Below, in pieces: positions 46,561 through 55,166 of a stretch of 64,000 nt of DNA. The DNA lies in the IMG/VR virus record IMGVR_UViG_3300028592_000004, positions 62,001 through 126,000 of that record, one strand, 5' to 3'. The position numbers and the translations under genes were made by a program. Position 1 is the first letter of the stretch. Each line of letters begins with the position of its first letter. The notes under the pieces were generated by a model, which worked only from the letters and a program-made list of their open reading frames with translations, made no database searches and was not told the origin of the DNA.

Positions 46561-46915
46561 CTTTCCGCTCGCAGAACACGTTGTCATGCAACCACCGCAG
46601 TTCAGCTTCGATGGCTTGCTGATGGAGATCGAACGGACCGAGAACCGGTCCAGCGCTAGGAGTCATGTCGGCCCACCAGGCGGCGGGAAAGTGAAAGAGG
46701 AGAAACGCAAGACCCAGGTCGAGACCGGTCTCGGGCATGACCTTCTGCGTCATGAGGCTGTGTATCGCCTCATCCGACAGCTCCTCGGTTGGCTCGACGC
46801 GGCTGGCTCGGGACCGCGTCATAGAACCCATCTTGTTGAAAAACGGCACGAGCGAATCAGCGTGAACCGACTCGATCGTACCGTCCGGACGAATCACAAG
46901 GTCGACAGTCTTCAC
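46505..46915 (-). CDS. small conserved protein of the DUF1257/DUF2997 module
   Basis: LVIRPDGTIESVH...RASRVEP and LGPF...QAIEAELRWL. Confidence 0.65.
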   Translation of the reverse strand: MKTVDLVIRPDGTIESVHADSLVPFFNKMGSMTRSRASRVEPTEELSDEAIHSLMTQKVMPETGLDLGLAFLLFHFPAAWWADMTPSAGPVLGPFDLHQQAIEAELRWLHDNVFCERKDAHNDQDQAEGGTPAGAE

Positions 46916-47091
46916 TGCGACACACGCTCCCGTTCCGTCTCCGTGGGCGTCTTGTCTTCCCGGTTCTCGACCAGGCCCAGCTTCTCTTCGAGAGGCCGGG
47001 TGGCGATCTTACAGGCATCGCCGCTGAAGCCCACAGCGTTGATGTTGGTCTTCCCCTGCGGGCTGATCGTGATCTCGATGTACTTTTCCAT
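46912..47091 (-). CDS. DUF2997 protein
   Basis: Manually translated MEKYIEITISPQGKTNINAVGFSGDACKIATRPLEEKLG... (59 aa). Confidence 0.8.
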   Translation of the reverse strand: MEKYIEITISPQGKTNINAVGFSGDACKIATRPLEEKLGLVENREDKTPTETERERVSQ

Positions 47092-47127
47092 CCGAGTTCG
47101 CGCTTTCTGTTGAGGGTGAGGAATGGA

Positions 47128-47490
47128 TCAGAGGACGGGTACACGCATCCGGATTGAGCCGTCCGTGAGGACTTCTCGCTCCGAAATGAAGTAGCCCTGC
47201 TCCTGGACGTAGGCGAGGGCGCCTTCTTCCGCGTACCGGCAGACGACCTCATCAAAGGCCTTCTGCCCAGCACGCCGGGCGTCTGCGTCCGTCGACACCT
47301 GACCGGTGGTCAGATCGACGACGCACGGATAGTGCCAGCCGCGAGGCCAGAATCCCAGACCGTCGACGGTCTGGCTACCCCACAGCTTGTGCTTGCCCTG
47401 AACCGGGGCCTTGAGACCGAGAGCCGCACAAGCCTTCTCCAAAAGGACGCGGTCCTTGAACTCGGTCTGGACGTTCACACGATGCGACAT
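47128..47490 (-). CDS. DUF1257 (Ycf35-like) protein
   Basis: MSH...TEFKD...LEKAC..LG, GWHYP.V.D..TG, DGSI.M. Confidence 0.8.
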   Translation of the reverse strand: MSHRVNVQTEFKDRVLLEKACAALGLKAPVQGKHKLWGSQTVDGLGFWPRGWHYPCVVDLTTGQVSTDADARRAGQKAFDEVVCRYAEEGALAYVQEQGYFISEREVLTDGSIRMRVPVL

Positions 47491-47500
47491 GACGAACCTT

Positions 47501-49189
47501 TCAGTTGGTGTCGAGGTTACGAGCCCGGCTGGGCCGTCTCGTGCTCCTCGACTCTTTGGTGGCGGGACGGGCGAACGAGCTGCAGAACTTGCGGATTTCA
47601 TCCAGCATGTCCTTCTGGCTCTTGAAGATCGTACTCTCGCCGCGCTTGGCGGCGGCTTCTTCGATCATCTCCAGGGTGGGCACGTGACGGCCATGCTCGA
47701 AGGCCGTCAGCCGCGAGTTGATGACGACGTCCTCCAGTTCCGATCCGACGAAGTTTTCCGTCATATCGAGAACAGAGCGCCACTTGTCGCTGCCGAGCTC
47801 TTTTTCGAGCCGCTCGATGCTGACTCCGCGCTTGGCGAAGTGAACTTCCAGGATCTCCCTGCGAACGTTGGGCGAGGGGACATCCGTGAAGTACGTCTCA
47901 TCGAACCGCCGGAAGAACTCTGGCGCCACGCCGGCGACGGAGTTCATCGTGACGACGATGAACGTGTCGTTCCGCTCCTCCTGCATCCAGTTCAGGAGCC
48001 GGCCGCGGACGCGGTTGGCGACTTCGTGTCCGCCGTCCGCGCTCTGCCCCATCGTCTTTTCGAACTCGTCGAAAACGGCGACGCAGCCGCGGTGCGCAGA
48101 CAGCTTGGTCAGCACGTTCTCCAGCCGATTCTCTGACTGACCGACGTACTGTCCGAAGATCTCACCGACGTTCACCCAGTAGCTGGGGAACGCCTGGCCG
48201 CAGACCTCCTGGAAGATGCCTGCGATGATCTTCGCGAACTGCGACTTCCCGGAGCCCGGGACGCCGATCAGCGCGATGCCGCGAGGCGTGTCGAGCTTCG
48301 CTTCCTTGCCGCCGTCCGTGTAGGCGAGGGCTCGACGACGAATATCCGGGATGCAGTTGTCGAAGCCGCACACCTCGTCGAGGTTCGGGATTTGATTCGG
48401 CGAGATGTACTTGAGCACACCGCCGGAACCGACCAGCCGCGCCTTCTGATCCCGGATCGTGAGCATCATCTCGGGGCAGAACCCCTTCTGCTCGATGATG
48501 GCCAGCGACAGGGCGTCGGATGCCTGCTGTCGGGAGAGGCCCCGCAGCGACGCGGAGATGCTGTTCCGCATCCCCGGTTCGAGTTCCTTCGTCTTATCGC
48601 CCCGACCGTGCTGGAACGACGCATGGACGTAGTCCACGATCGATCCGAGCTCTTCCTGATTCGGATGCGGAAGCGGCAAGGGCTGCAGCAGGTGCTGCAG
48701 CTCCGGATGGAGCGTCGGCACCGACTGGATGAAGAAGATCGGCCGCGAGAACGTCGCGTTCGACAGTTGCTGCTCGACGATCAGGTTCTGGAGCAGCTGT
48801 CTGGCTGTGACCGACTGGTCCAGCACGGCATGCAGGTTGTGCATGACGACGATCGCCGACTGGATCATCGACGGGAGCGCTGTCAGGACGCTCAGTGCCT
48901 GGATTGGATCCCGGTACTTCGCTTCGCCCAGAAGATCCTTCTGCTGAGTCGCGGCGGCGCCCTTTACGATGAAGCCGCGGTGGACGTCCCACTGAATGAA
49001 GCTGTAGGTCGCCAGGTCCTTCTTCGTTTGCCGGCGAGCGTCCATCTCAGTGGCGACGCTCTCAAGAATCATGGCCGCGTTTCGCGGCTCTTCGGTCTGC
49101 ACGACGACGGCCTGAAAGCCGGCACGAACCAGATTCGTGGCCTGTCGCGTGAACTCAGTTTGATGCTGCTTGATCTTCAGATCGGCCAT
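47501..49189 (-). CDS. Ycf46-like AAA+ ATPase
   Basis: GVPGSGKS, VFDEFEK, TMN...PEFFRRFDE; inactive N-terminal AAA-like module. Confidence 0.85.
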   Translation of the reverse strand: MADLKIKQHQTEFTRQATNLVRAGFQAVVVQTEEPRNAAMILESVATEMDARRQTKKDLATYSFIQWDVHRGFIVKGAAATQQKDLLGEAKYRDPIQALSVLTALPSMIQSAIVVMHNLHAVLDQSVTARQLLQNLIVEQQLSNATFSRPIFFIQSVPTLHPELQHLLQPLPLPHPNQEELGSIVDYVHASFQHGRGDKTKELEPGMRNSISASLRGLSRQQASDALSLAIIEQKGFCPEMMLTIRDQKARLVGSGGVLKYISPNQIPNLDEVCGFDNCIPDIRRRALAYTDGGKEAKLDTPRGIALIGVPGSGKSQFAKIIAGIFQEVCGQAFPSYWVNVGEIFGQYVGQSENRLENVLTKLSAHRGCVAVFDEFEKTMGQSADGGHEVANRVRGRLLNWMQEERNDTFIVVTMNSVAGVAPEFFRRFDETYFTDVPSPNVRREILEVHFAKRGVSIERLEKELGSDKWRSVLDMTENFVGSELEDVVINSRLTAFEHGRHVPTLEMIEEAAAKRGESTIFKSQKDMLDEIRKFCSSFARPATKESRSTRRPSRARNLDTN

Positions 49190-49859
49190 TCGAACTTCCG
49201 TTGGCAGTGATGGATTGAATCAGCTGCTCGGTGGTTCCGTTCTCCAGAACCAGCGAGCTCAGTTGTCGGAGCAGGGCCTGAACCCCCTCACGGATGATGG
49301 CGTTGATCTCGTCGGTTTTCGACCGCTCCATGTCGAAAATTGCGTTGAACATGACGGGATCGTCGGCGAAGTCGCCTTGCACGTTGGCAGCCTCTGGCCG
49401 CACGGCAATCTTGAGCACATCCGGAGGGACCATGATGCCCTCCTGATCGAGCACGACCCCGATGTACCGGCAGATCTCCGGCGAGAAGGGGTCGTCTTCT
49501 TCCGGCGGATTGAGGAGCATGGCCTCGCTGATTCCCCAGGCACACTCCTCGGCATCCGCCGGGTCGAATGTGGTTGGGTCGAACGTGCTGCCGGAAAGCA
49601 CGTTGCACAGCATGATGAAGTCGGGGGTCAGCTTGAAGAAGCGGTCCGACGTCAGAATGGCGATCCCTGCCATCAGACGGTCGAGGATCCCGCGAGCTAG
49701 CTGGAGATTGAAATCCGACTGCAGCTCCATCCGGATCGTCTCAGCGTCCCACTGAAGACTCTCAGGACCGTACGTGTCCATCAGGATCACGACGAGCGGC
49801 GTCGCGTACGTGTCACGACTCTGGAGGAGTTTGCGCTTGCTGTCCTTGCTGCGACTCAT
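49155..49859 (-). CDS. conserved jumbo-phage hypothetical protein
   Basis: 234-aa ORF, YGPESLQWD and FIMLCNVLSG...ECAWGISEA. Confidence 0.7.
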   Translation of the reverse strand: MSRSKDSKRKLLQSRDTYATPLVVILMDTYGPESLQWDAETIRMELQSDFNLQLARGILDRLMAGIAILTSDRFFKLTPDFIMLCNVLSGSTFDPTTFDPADAEECAWGISEAMLLNPPEEDDPFSPEICRYIGVVLDQEGIMVPPDVLKIAVRPEAANVQGDFADDPVMFNAIFDMERSKTDEINAIIREGVQALLRQLSSLVLENGTTEQLIQSITANGSSNGRSEDQAASN

Positions 49860-50334
49860 TGACCGTTGCCCCTTGTTGGACGCGCCGGCACTCAGCCAGA
49901 CGTCGGATGAACAGGACGGTCACATTGTAGGCGATCGTTTCCAGCGGTTCATGCGGCAGCTCGTCTACAGTCGTCAGTGTCGTGTAGTCGAAGTACGCCT
50001 TGCTTCGGGTGCTTCGGACGAACCGACGATCCGCGAACCCGAGGTGCATCGCCTCGGTAGCTTTGCCTTCTCGGCTGGCCGCAAACAGCGTCAGCGCGTG
50101 CGTAACCAGCTCGCGGTGAAAGCGCTTCAGGATCATCAGACGCGCTTCGGGTGTGGACATGTTCAGCCGGGACAGCAGATCCGCTGTCCAGAGCATCATC
50201 CACTCCCCGGGCATCAACTCCTGGGTGTCCGGCGGCACGTGCTCGTAGCGGAGCACGAGAGTGAAGACCGACGCTATCTGACTGGGAGACAGCGCCGGGC
50301 AGGTTGGTCGAATCGATTCGAGAGTGACCATCAC
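49813..50334 (-). CDS. hypothetical protein
   Basis: 173-aa ORF coupled to neighbours. Confidence 0.65.
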   Translation of the reverse strand: MMVTLESIRPTCPALSPSQIASVFTLVLRYEHVPPDTQELMPGEWMMLWTADLLSRLNMSTPEARLMILKRFHRELVTHALTLFAASREGKATEAMHLGFADRRFVRSTRSKAYFDYTTLTTVDELPHEPLETIAYNVTVLFIRRLAECRRVQQGATVNESQQGQQAQTPPES

Positions 50335-50630
50335 TTGCAGTTGACGACGAAGTCCTGACGGTAAGCGGCCGGCGTCACTTCGCGGGACTGGAACTTTTCG
50401 AAGTCGATTTCCTTCCCCGCGGCGTCGACCGGGTACGAGCCCGACTGGTTGGTCGGGTCGAGGCTGATCTGGCCGGGCAGCTTGCTGTTCTTCATCGCGA
50501 AGTTGCGAGCGTCGGTCGTGGTGACTTCGGTGGGGTTGTCTCCCTCCACGCTGACGAGGGCGGAGTTCGGTCCGCGCTCTTCGATCTTTCCAATTCGCAG
50601 TGCCATCTTGGGTCTCCGGGATTCAGCCAA
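50331..50630 (-). CDS. hypothetical protein
   Basis: 99-aa ORF (start may be ATG 50606). Confidence 0.65.
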   Translation of the reverse strand: MAESRRPKMALRIGKIEERGPNSALVSVEGDNPTEVTTTDARNFAMKNSKLPGQISLDPTNQSGSYPVDAAGKEIDFEKFQSREVTPAAYRQDFVVNCK

Positions 50631-50673
50631 TAGCTAAAAGAAAGGCTGATGGTTAAGGGGCAGGGCATAGTAG

Positions 50674-50762
50674 GCACCTCACGCAGAATGCTCAATTCGG
50701 AATTCGCGGCCCGCCGGAACGGGCCTATTCGAAATTCGATATTGAGCACCCTGCGGAGGTGC
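50674..50762. other. long intergenic imperfect hairpin (~89 nt)
   Basis: GCACCTC/GAGGTGC, CGCAG/CTGCG, TGCTCAAT/ATTGAGCA and GGCCCG/CGGGCC nested arms. Confidence 0.75.
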
Positions 50763-50775
50763 GCGAGGACGTGCC

Positions 50776-50991
50776 TCAGACAGTGACCAGCAGACGCTGA
50801 TCGACCGTGTACGTGGGGTTCTCGGGGAACCGGAGTTCGGCTCGCTCAGCAGCAGCCGAATAGATTTCATGGGCCGCGGCGGTCAAAGGCACTTCAGCGA
50901 TCCGATCGCTGAGGCCGCGAAGGTGAAGGAGATTCAGTCCAGTTGATGCCAGCATGGCGTCAACGACGGGGTGCCAGGTGTGGGTGGCCAT
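50776..50991 (-). CDS. small hypothetical protein
   Basis: 71 aa from ATG 50991, downstream of operator motif. Confidence 0.55.
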   Translation of the reverse strand: MATHTWHPVVDAMLASTGLNLLHLRGLSDRIAEVPLTAAAHEIYSAAAERAELRFPENPTYTVDQRLLVTV

Positions 50992-51042
50992 TGCAGAAGT
51001 CCTCAAGTTGCCGGCTTCTCCGAGGTGCCGACGAGCCTCATT

Positions 51043-51060
51043 TCAATGCACGGGTATTAA
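51043..51060. promoter_or_regulatory. 18-bp palindromic operator-like motif (degenerate)
   Basis: TCAATGCACGGGTATTAA (14/18 on the reverse strand), directly after a strong terminator. Confidence 0.5.
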
Positions 51061-51062
51061 AC

Positions 51063-51096
51063 AAAAAAAAACCCGGTCAGGGGGTGCCTGACCGGG
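51063..51096 (-). terminator. strong intrinsic terminator
   Basis: Minus strand CCCGGTCAGG-5nt-CCTGACCGGG followed by 9 T. Confidence 0.9.
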
Positions 51097-51290
51097 CTCG
51101 CGCTCATGTGATTGGGATTACTTCATTGGAGCACCTGTACGAGTGGTTGTGTCGGATGGGTGAGGGAAAGTCTCAATCTTGTCGACCACTAACTGGTGGC
51201 CAACCACGGTCTCCGTCAGTCAGTGGTCAGTGCTAGAGCATGATACACCTCATTGTTCCTGGTCTTTCGCCAACGGCTAAGCTGACATCG
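51097..51290 (-). ncRNA. candidate structured non-coding RNA
   Basis: ORF-free ~200 nt ending in a strong terminator; three-way junction closed by GACCACTGACT/AGTTAGTGGTC (51183-51228). Confidence 0.35.
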
Positions 51291-51315
51291 AGCAAGTATA
51301 ATGACACAAAACCGC

Positions 51316-51630
51316 TCAAGATTTAGCGCGGCGGATTGTGATTTCCTTACGACGACTTCCGCGACGAACAACGACCCGGATCTGCCTCGCGTTCAGGGCC
51401 TCGAACACCGCCTCTTTTGCAGTCCCCGAAAGCGAGACGAGGCATTCCTTGGCATTCGAGTAGAGGTTGTCGAGCTGAGCTCTGACGGCACCACGCTTGC
51501 AGGGTCTGCAGCCAGACATCGAGGGCCGATTCTTGTGAGCCTGAAGTAGACATGGGACCGCCTCCCTGACAGTCGTGTTGGCGATGAGCGCGTCGATCGT
51601 CGCATCTTCGATGTAGACCAGGTTCTTCAT
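51316..51630 (-). CDS. hypothetical protein (Cys motif)
   Basis: 104 aa, GGAG RBS, GCRPC. Confidence 0.65.
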   Translation of the reverse strand: MKNLVYIEDATIDALIANTTVREAVPCLLQAHKNRPSMSGCRPCKRGAVRAQLDNLYSNAKECLVSLSGTAKEAVFEALNARQIRVVVRRGSRRKEITIRRAKS

Positions 51631-52058
51631 GCCGCATCTCCGATTCGAACTTCATCCTCCTCGCTGAGGTCTTCCATCAGCTTGATCGTGTCTCGCAGCG
51701 CAGACACTTCATCGACCAGAGTGCGGTAGGCCTCCTCCAGCTCGTGACGCGATCGGAAGACGAGGTCGACGTAGGCCAGACGGAACCAAGGCGGATCAGC
51801 CGTTGTGTACGGTTCGTTGATCGGAAATTCTTCCAGGTCGGCCGGCGAGCAGACGCCGTCGAAGACACCCCACTGCTCGCTCTCGACTTCCTCTTCTTCG
51901 TCATTGAGGGAGTTTGGCTGCAGAGGGATCGCCCGATATCGAAAGACCTCGTTGGGCATGTTGAGCCCATCCGAGGCTGTCACACGCATGCGGAACCCGT
52001 CAATGTTGCCGGCCTGGTAGGTCTGGAACTCTGGGGTCAGCGTGATGCCGTAGTTCAT
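51627..52058 (-). CDS. hypothetical protein, probably structural
   Basis: 143 aa, start lies in AGTTCATGGATGAACT hairpin. Confidence 0.7.
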   Translation of the reverse strand: MNYGITLTPEFQTYQAGNIDGFRMRVTASDGLNMPNEVFRYRAIPLQPNSLNDEEEEVESEQWGVFDGVCSPADLEEFPINEPYTTADPPWFRLAYVDLVFRSRHELEEAYRTLVDEVSALRDTIKLMEDLSEEDEVRIGDAA

Positions 52059-52067
52059 CCATGAACT
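52052..52067 (-). promoter_or_regulatory. CsrA-type binding hairpin on start codon
   Basis: AGUUCA-UGGA-UGAACU containing the AUG at 52058. Confidence 0.65.
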
Positions 52068-52068
52068 C

Positions 52069-52446
52069 CTAGAAGGTCACTTTGAGGTGCTTTCCATTCT
52101 TGCGGTAGAGGATGGCACAACCATCTACAGGGTATCCGATCTTGCCCTGGATGAAGAGACGCACTCGCTCTCGTACTTCAGGGCTCGCGTTGCTGATGAC
52201 TTCCACGAAGGAGTTCCGATAGCCGTCGATCGTCTTGCTGCCCGGCCCGCAGCACTGATTCGTGCTCAGCTCCGAGAGCATGACCTGATACGCCGGCACG
52301 GTGTAGACGCCGAACCCGCGGAACTCCGGGCAGGCCGCGAAAAAGGTGGGATCACCGAGTAGTTGCCGGAGCAGCTCCTTGGTGACGATCAGGAAGTTAG
52401 GCCCGGATGCTTCTCGCTCAGTCCGCGGCGGGGAACTGCCGACCAT
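52069..52446 (-). CDS. hypothetical protein, apparent paralogue of 51316..51630
   Basis: Start MVGSSPP at 52446; similar helix/Cys layout. Confidence 0.55.
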   Translation of the reverse strand: MVGSSPPRTEREASGPNFLIVTKELLRQLLGDPTFFAACPEFRGFGVYTVPAYQVMLSELSTNQCCGPGSKTIDGYRNSFVEVISNASPEVRERVRLFIQGKIGYPVDGCAILYRKNGKHLKVTF

Positions 52447-54224
52447 TCGATGACGTCCTTCCGCAGGGAGAACTGCTGAATCTTGAGGCCTTGCTGATAC
52501 ACCGCGGCGCCATTCATGACGTCTCCGCCGTTGTGACCGAGACGCAGGTCTGGGATGTTTGCTTGCCGCATTGCCGATGTCCGGATCGCCCAGAAGGCAC
52601 CAACAGGAAAGTGGACACGGTCGCCGCTCGCCTGGGTTCGTCCAAAGCTGTCCTGCCAGGGCCGGCCCGTGTACCACGAACCACCCGCGGCCCACGCTTT
52701 CTGCCCTGGCGTCAGCCGATAGTGCTTCACTGGACCGAGCATGTCCGCGTTAGTAGCGACGATCTTCTGCGCCAGGATCTGCATCCAGCGGGCATCCCGA
52801 TCGCAGAACGTGTCGTCGTCCATCCAGATCAGGTAAGGCGTCTCGATCGGCAGCTCCGGGTCGTAGAACATCTCCCGCATCACCGGGTACTTCTTGGCGT
52901 TCTCGACGTGCTGGTAGTGCTTGCGGATCAGGTTCTGGCTGACGAGTTCTTCCACCAGCTTCAACGACTCGGGTCCGAGTTCGTTGCTGCCGATCCGCAG
53001 ATCCATCCGATCGCGAGGCACGGTGCTGGTGATGGCGTGTAGGAACCGCCGGTGCATTTCGGGGTAGTCGCCATACAGCAGGCCGAAGATCGTAAAGCGT
53101 CCACCAATCTTGGGGTGATCGAAGATGGAGTGATCCACAGGCTGTCCGATGACTCTCAGCTGGAACTGGCTTGCCGGCGCCGGCTTCTTTGTCAGGCTGC
53201 GGCGGACCGTTCCATCGTTCTTGTGATCCAGGCTGGTCCGGTCAATCTGGAAGAGCGGCTCGGCCTTGTCGATCGCCTGAAGCGTGCCATCCGTGTAGTA
53301 CGACATGACAGCGTCTACGACCATCTCCGGCGAGATCATGTCGAGGCACTTCGGCACGGTCTCTTCGCCTTGCCGAATCGGATAGACGCAGTTCTGGCTC
53401 GGGTCGTCGCCGACGACTTTGCTTCGCCAGCAGCCGTGATGCTCGCAGCAGTCGAGCTGGCCGATCGTGTGCAGGAATCGGTGTGGGACCTGGATCTTCT
53501 CGGGACAGACCAGGCCGGAGTTCTCTCGGATGTAAGCCTCCCACCACCACGCCTCACGTCCGCCGGCCAGACAGACGCACGGCTTCTGCAGAGCTGCGGC
53601 GGCGTGCATCAGCATCGTCACACCGCAGATGGCGCCATCAGCGCCGTGGAGCAATCGCAGGACATCTCGAAGGGTCGTCTTGTTGACGAGGTTGATGACT
53701 CCCCTGAGTTCCGGGTGCCAGTTGTTCTTCGCGTCGGTTCCGATATGGACGACGTTGATGCCACGCTCCGCCAGCATGTCGACAACACGCTGAAAGCGAT
53801 CGATCCGCCACACCTTCGCAGGCATGTCGGCCTTCCCGCCCGAGATCATGATCCAGTACCGACCGCTGAAGATGCGCGTCTTTTCATACGCGCTCAGGTG
53901 GAGATCCGGATAGGGCTGTGTCACCGGAGCGACGAGGCCCGTCCGCTTCTGCAGGTCTCGGTGAAACCACGGCATGAAGTGGACGACTTCGTTCCGCTGG
54001 GCCTTGATCCCCTCGCCGTACTCCAGCTGGACAACTCGGCTCTCTTTCGGAAAGCCCGATCCCGTGTTGTGGAGGCGGATATGCGGGTTGTTCTCCCACA
54101 AGGCACTGTAGGTCGTCATCACGCCGATCTCGACATCCGGTCGAGCCAGGGCAAGATCCCGGACCACACCCGTCATGGCGATGATATCGCCGGGCGCCCG
54201 CCTATGCTTCAGCACCAGCTTCAC
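52389..54224 (-). CDS. GT9 (ADP-heptose heptosyltransferase-like) fused to a GT-A domain
   Basis: GDIIAM, PAKVW...F, NKTTLRDV, LMHAAAALQKP (GT9); C-terminal IWMDDDTF. Confidence 0.85.
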   Translation of the reverse strand: MKLVLKHRRAPGDIIAMTGVVRDLALARPDVEIGVMTTYSALWENNPHIRLHNTGSGFPKESRVVQLEYGEGIKAQRNEVVHFMPWFHRDLQKRTGLVAPVTQPYPDLHLSAYEKTRIFSGRYWIMISGGKADMPAKVWRIDRFQRVVDMLAERGINVVHIGTDAKNNWHPELRGVINLVNKTTLRDVLRLLHGADGAICGVTMLMHAAAALQKPCVCLAGGREAWWWEAYIRENSGLVCPEKIQVPHRFLHTIGQLDCCEHHGCWRSKVVGDDPSQNCVYPIRQGEETVPKCLDMISPEMVVDAVMSYYTDGTLQAIDKAEPLFQIDRTSLDHKNDGTVRRSLTKKPAPASQFQLRVIGQPVDHSIFDHPKIGGRFTIFGLLYGDYPEMHRRFLHAITSTVPRDRMDLRIGSNELGPESLKLVEELVSQNLIRKHYQHVENAKKYPVMREMFYDPELPIETPYLIWMDDDTFCDRDARWMQILAQKIVATNADMLGPVKHYRLTPGQKAWAAGGSWYTGRPWQDSFGRTQASGDRVHFPVGAFWAIRTSAMRQANIPDLRLGHNGGDVMNGAAVYQQGLKIQQFSLRKDVIEWSAVPRRGLSEKHPGLTS

Positions 54225-54236
54225 GATGAATCCTTT

Positions 54237-55166
54237 CTACTCGGCCAGCATGGTCTGGACCGTCTTGTCCGCCCACTCGTTCAAGGCCTCGGCGCCGTAC
54301 GCGAGATCGAACCAGGCTTTGCCCGTTTCAGCGACGTACTGGTAGGCCCCTGCCGAAAGCAGCGTCACAATCTGGTCGAAGGCTTCCTGGGGCGTCTCTG
54401 TCCACTCGACTCCGATCGGGCTCGCCCAGTCGAGGACCTTCTGCATGGGCTGTGCAATGCAGCAGCAGCCGGAGGCCAGCCCCTCGAACAGCCGAAAGCT
54501 GTAGTCGGCACATCCGCGGAGGCACAGCAGGATCTTCGACTGCTGGAGGAGGTTGGCGAATCCACCCTGCTGCCCGAGATGCTTCTCGTTCCGGAGGAAG
54601 CTGAACGGTTGGCCCGCCGCCTTCCAGATGGACTCAAACTCGTCGAGCCACGTCACCCGATAGACCATCGAGCTGCCCATGAACACGTTCTCGTTCCCGG
54701 ACCACACGACGTCATACGTGCGATCCTGGGACAGGGCCTCACGGATCTGCTGCAGCGGAATGGCCGGCACCCCGTACGGCATCTGCACGTCAACGATCCG
54801 CTCGTTTCGAAAGTGATCCATCGAGTAGTGCGGCTTCCAGAGACAGTTCTGGATCGAGCGGCAGGAATAGATCGCCGGGCAGTCGTCCTGTCGATAGGCC
54901 CATGCCTTCTTTGCCTGGAGCGGCACGTCGAAGGTGGGTGCCTGGTAGACCTGGCACAGCAGATGAAGGTCGAAGGGCAGATCGCGACCCGCTTCCGTCA
55001 GCAGTGCGGAGAGCTCGGCTTTGCCCCGGAGAGTGGCCTTCAGGAGAGCGAAGTCCACCGTGTGTCCGAGACGCTCGAAAGCCGCCTGCAGGAGCTTGTA
55101 GTGCTCGAAGTCGACGAGATGATTGTCGCGAACCGCGGTGATGCCGATGTGCATGGTCACTTCCAT
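54237..55166 (-). CDS. GT-B glycosyltransferase (Glyco_trans_1_2/CgeB-like)
   Basis: LLQQSKILLCLRG...SFRLFEGLASGCCCI. Confidence 0.7.
   Translation of the reverse strand: MEVTMHIGITAVRDNHLVDFEHYKLLQAAFERLGHTVDFALLKATLRGKAELSALLTEAGRDLPFDLHLLCQVYQAPTFDVPLQAKKAWAYRQDDCPAIYSCRSIQNCLWKPHYSMDHFRNERIVDVQMPYGVPAIPLQQIREALSQDRTYDVVWSGNENVFMGSSMVYRVTWLDEFESIWKAAGQPFSFLRNEKHLGQQGGFANLLQQSKILLCLRGCADYSFRLFEGLASGCCCIAQPMQKVLDWASPIGVEWTETPQEAFDQIVTLLSAGAYQYVAETGKAWFDLAYGAEALNEWADKTVQTMLAE

Noticed and set aside
51097-51290. TIGR-type array (CCA-N9-TG with 18/36-nt period)
   Set aside because: CCA and TGA are frequent but their spacings (14, 17, 13, 37, 30, 36) are irregular; 18795-18878 has only one TGA-N9-TGA-CCA-N9 unit
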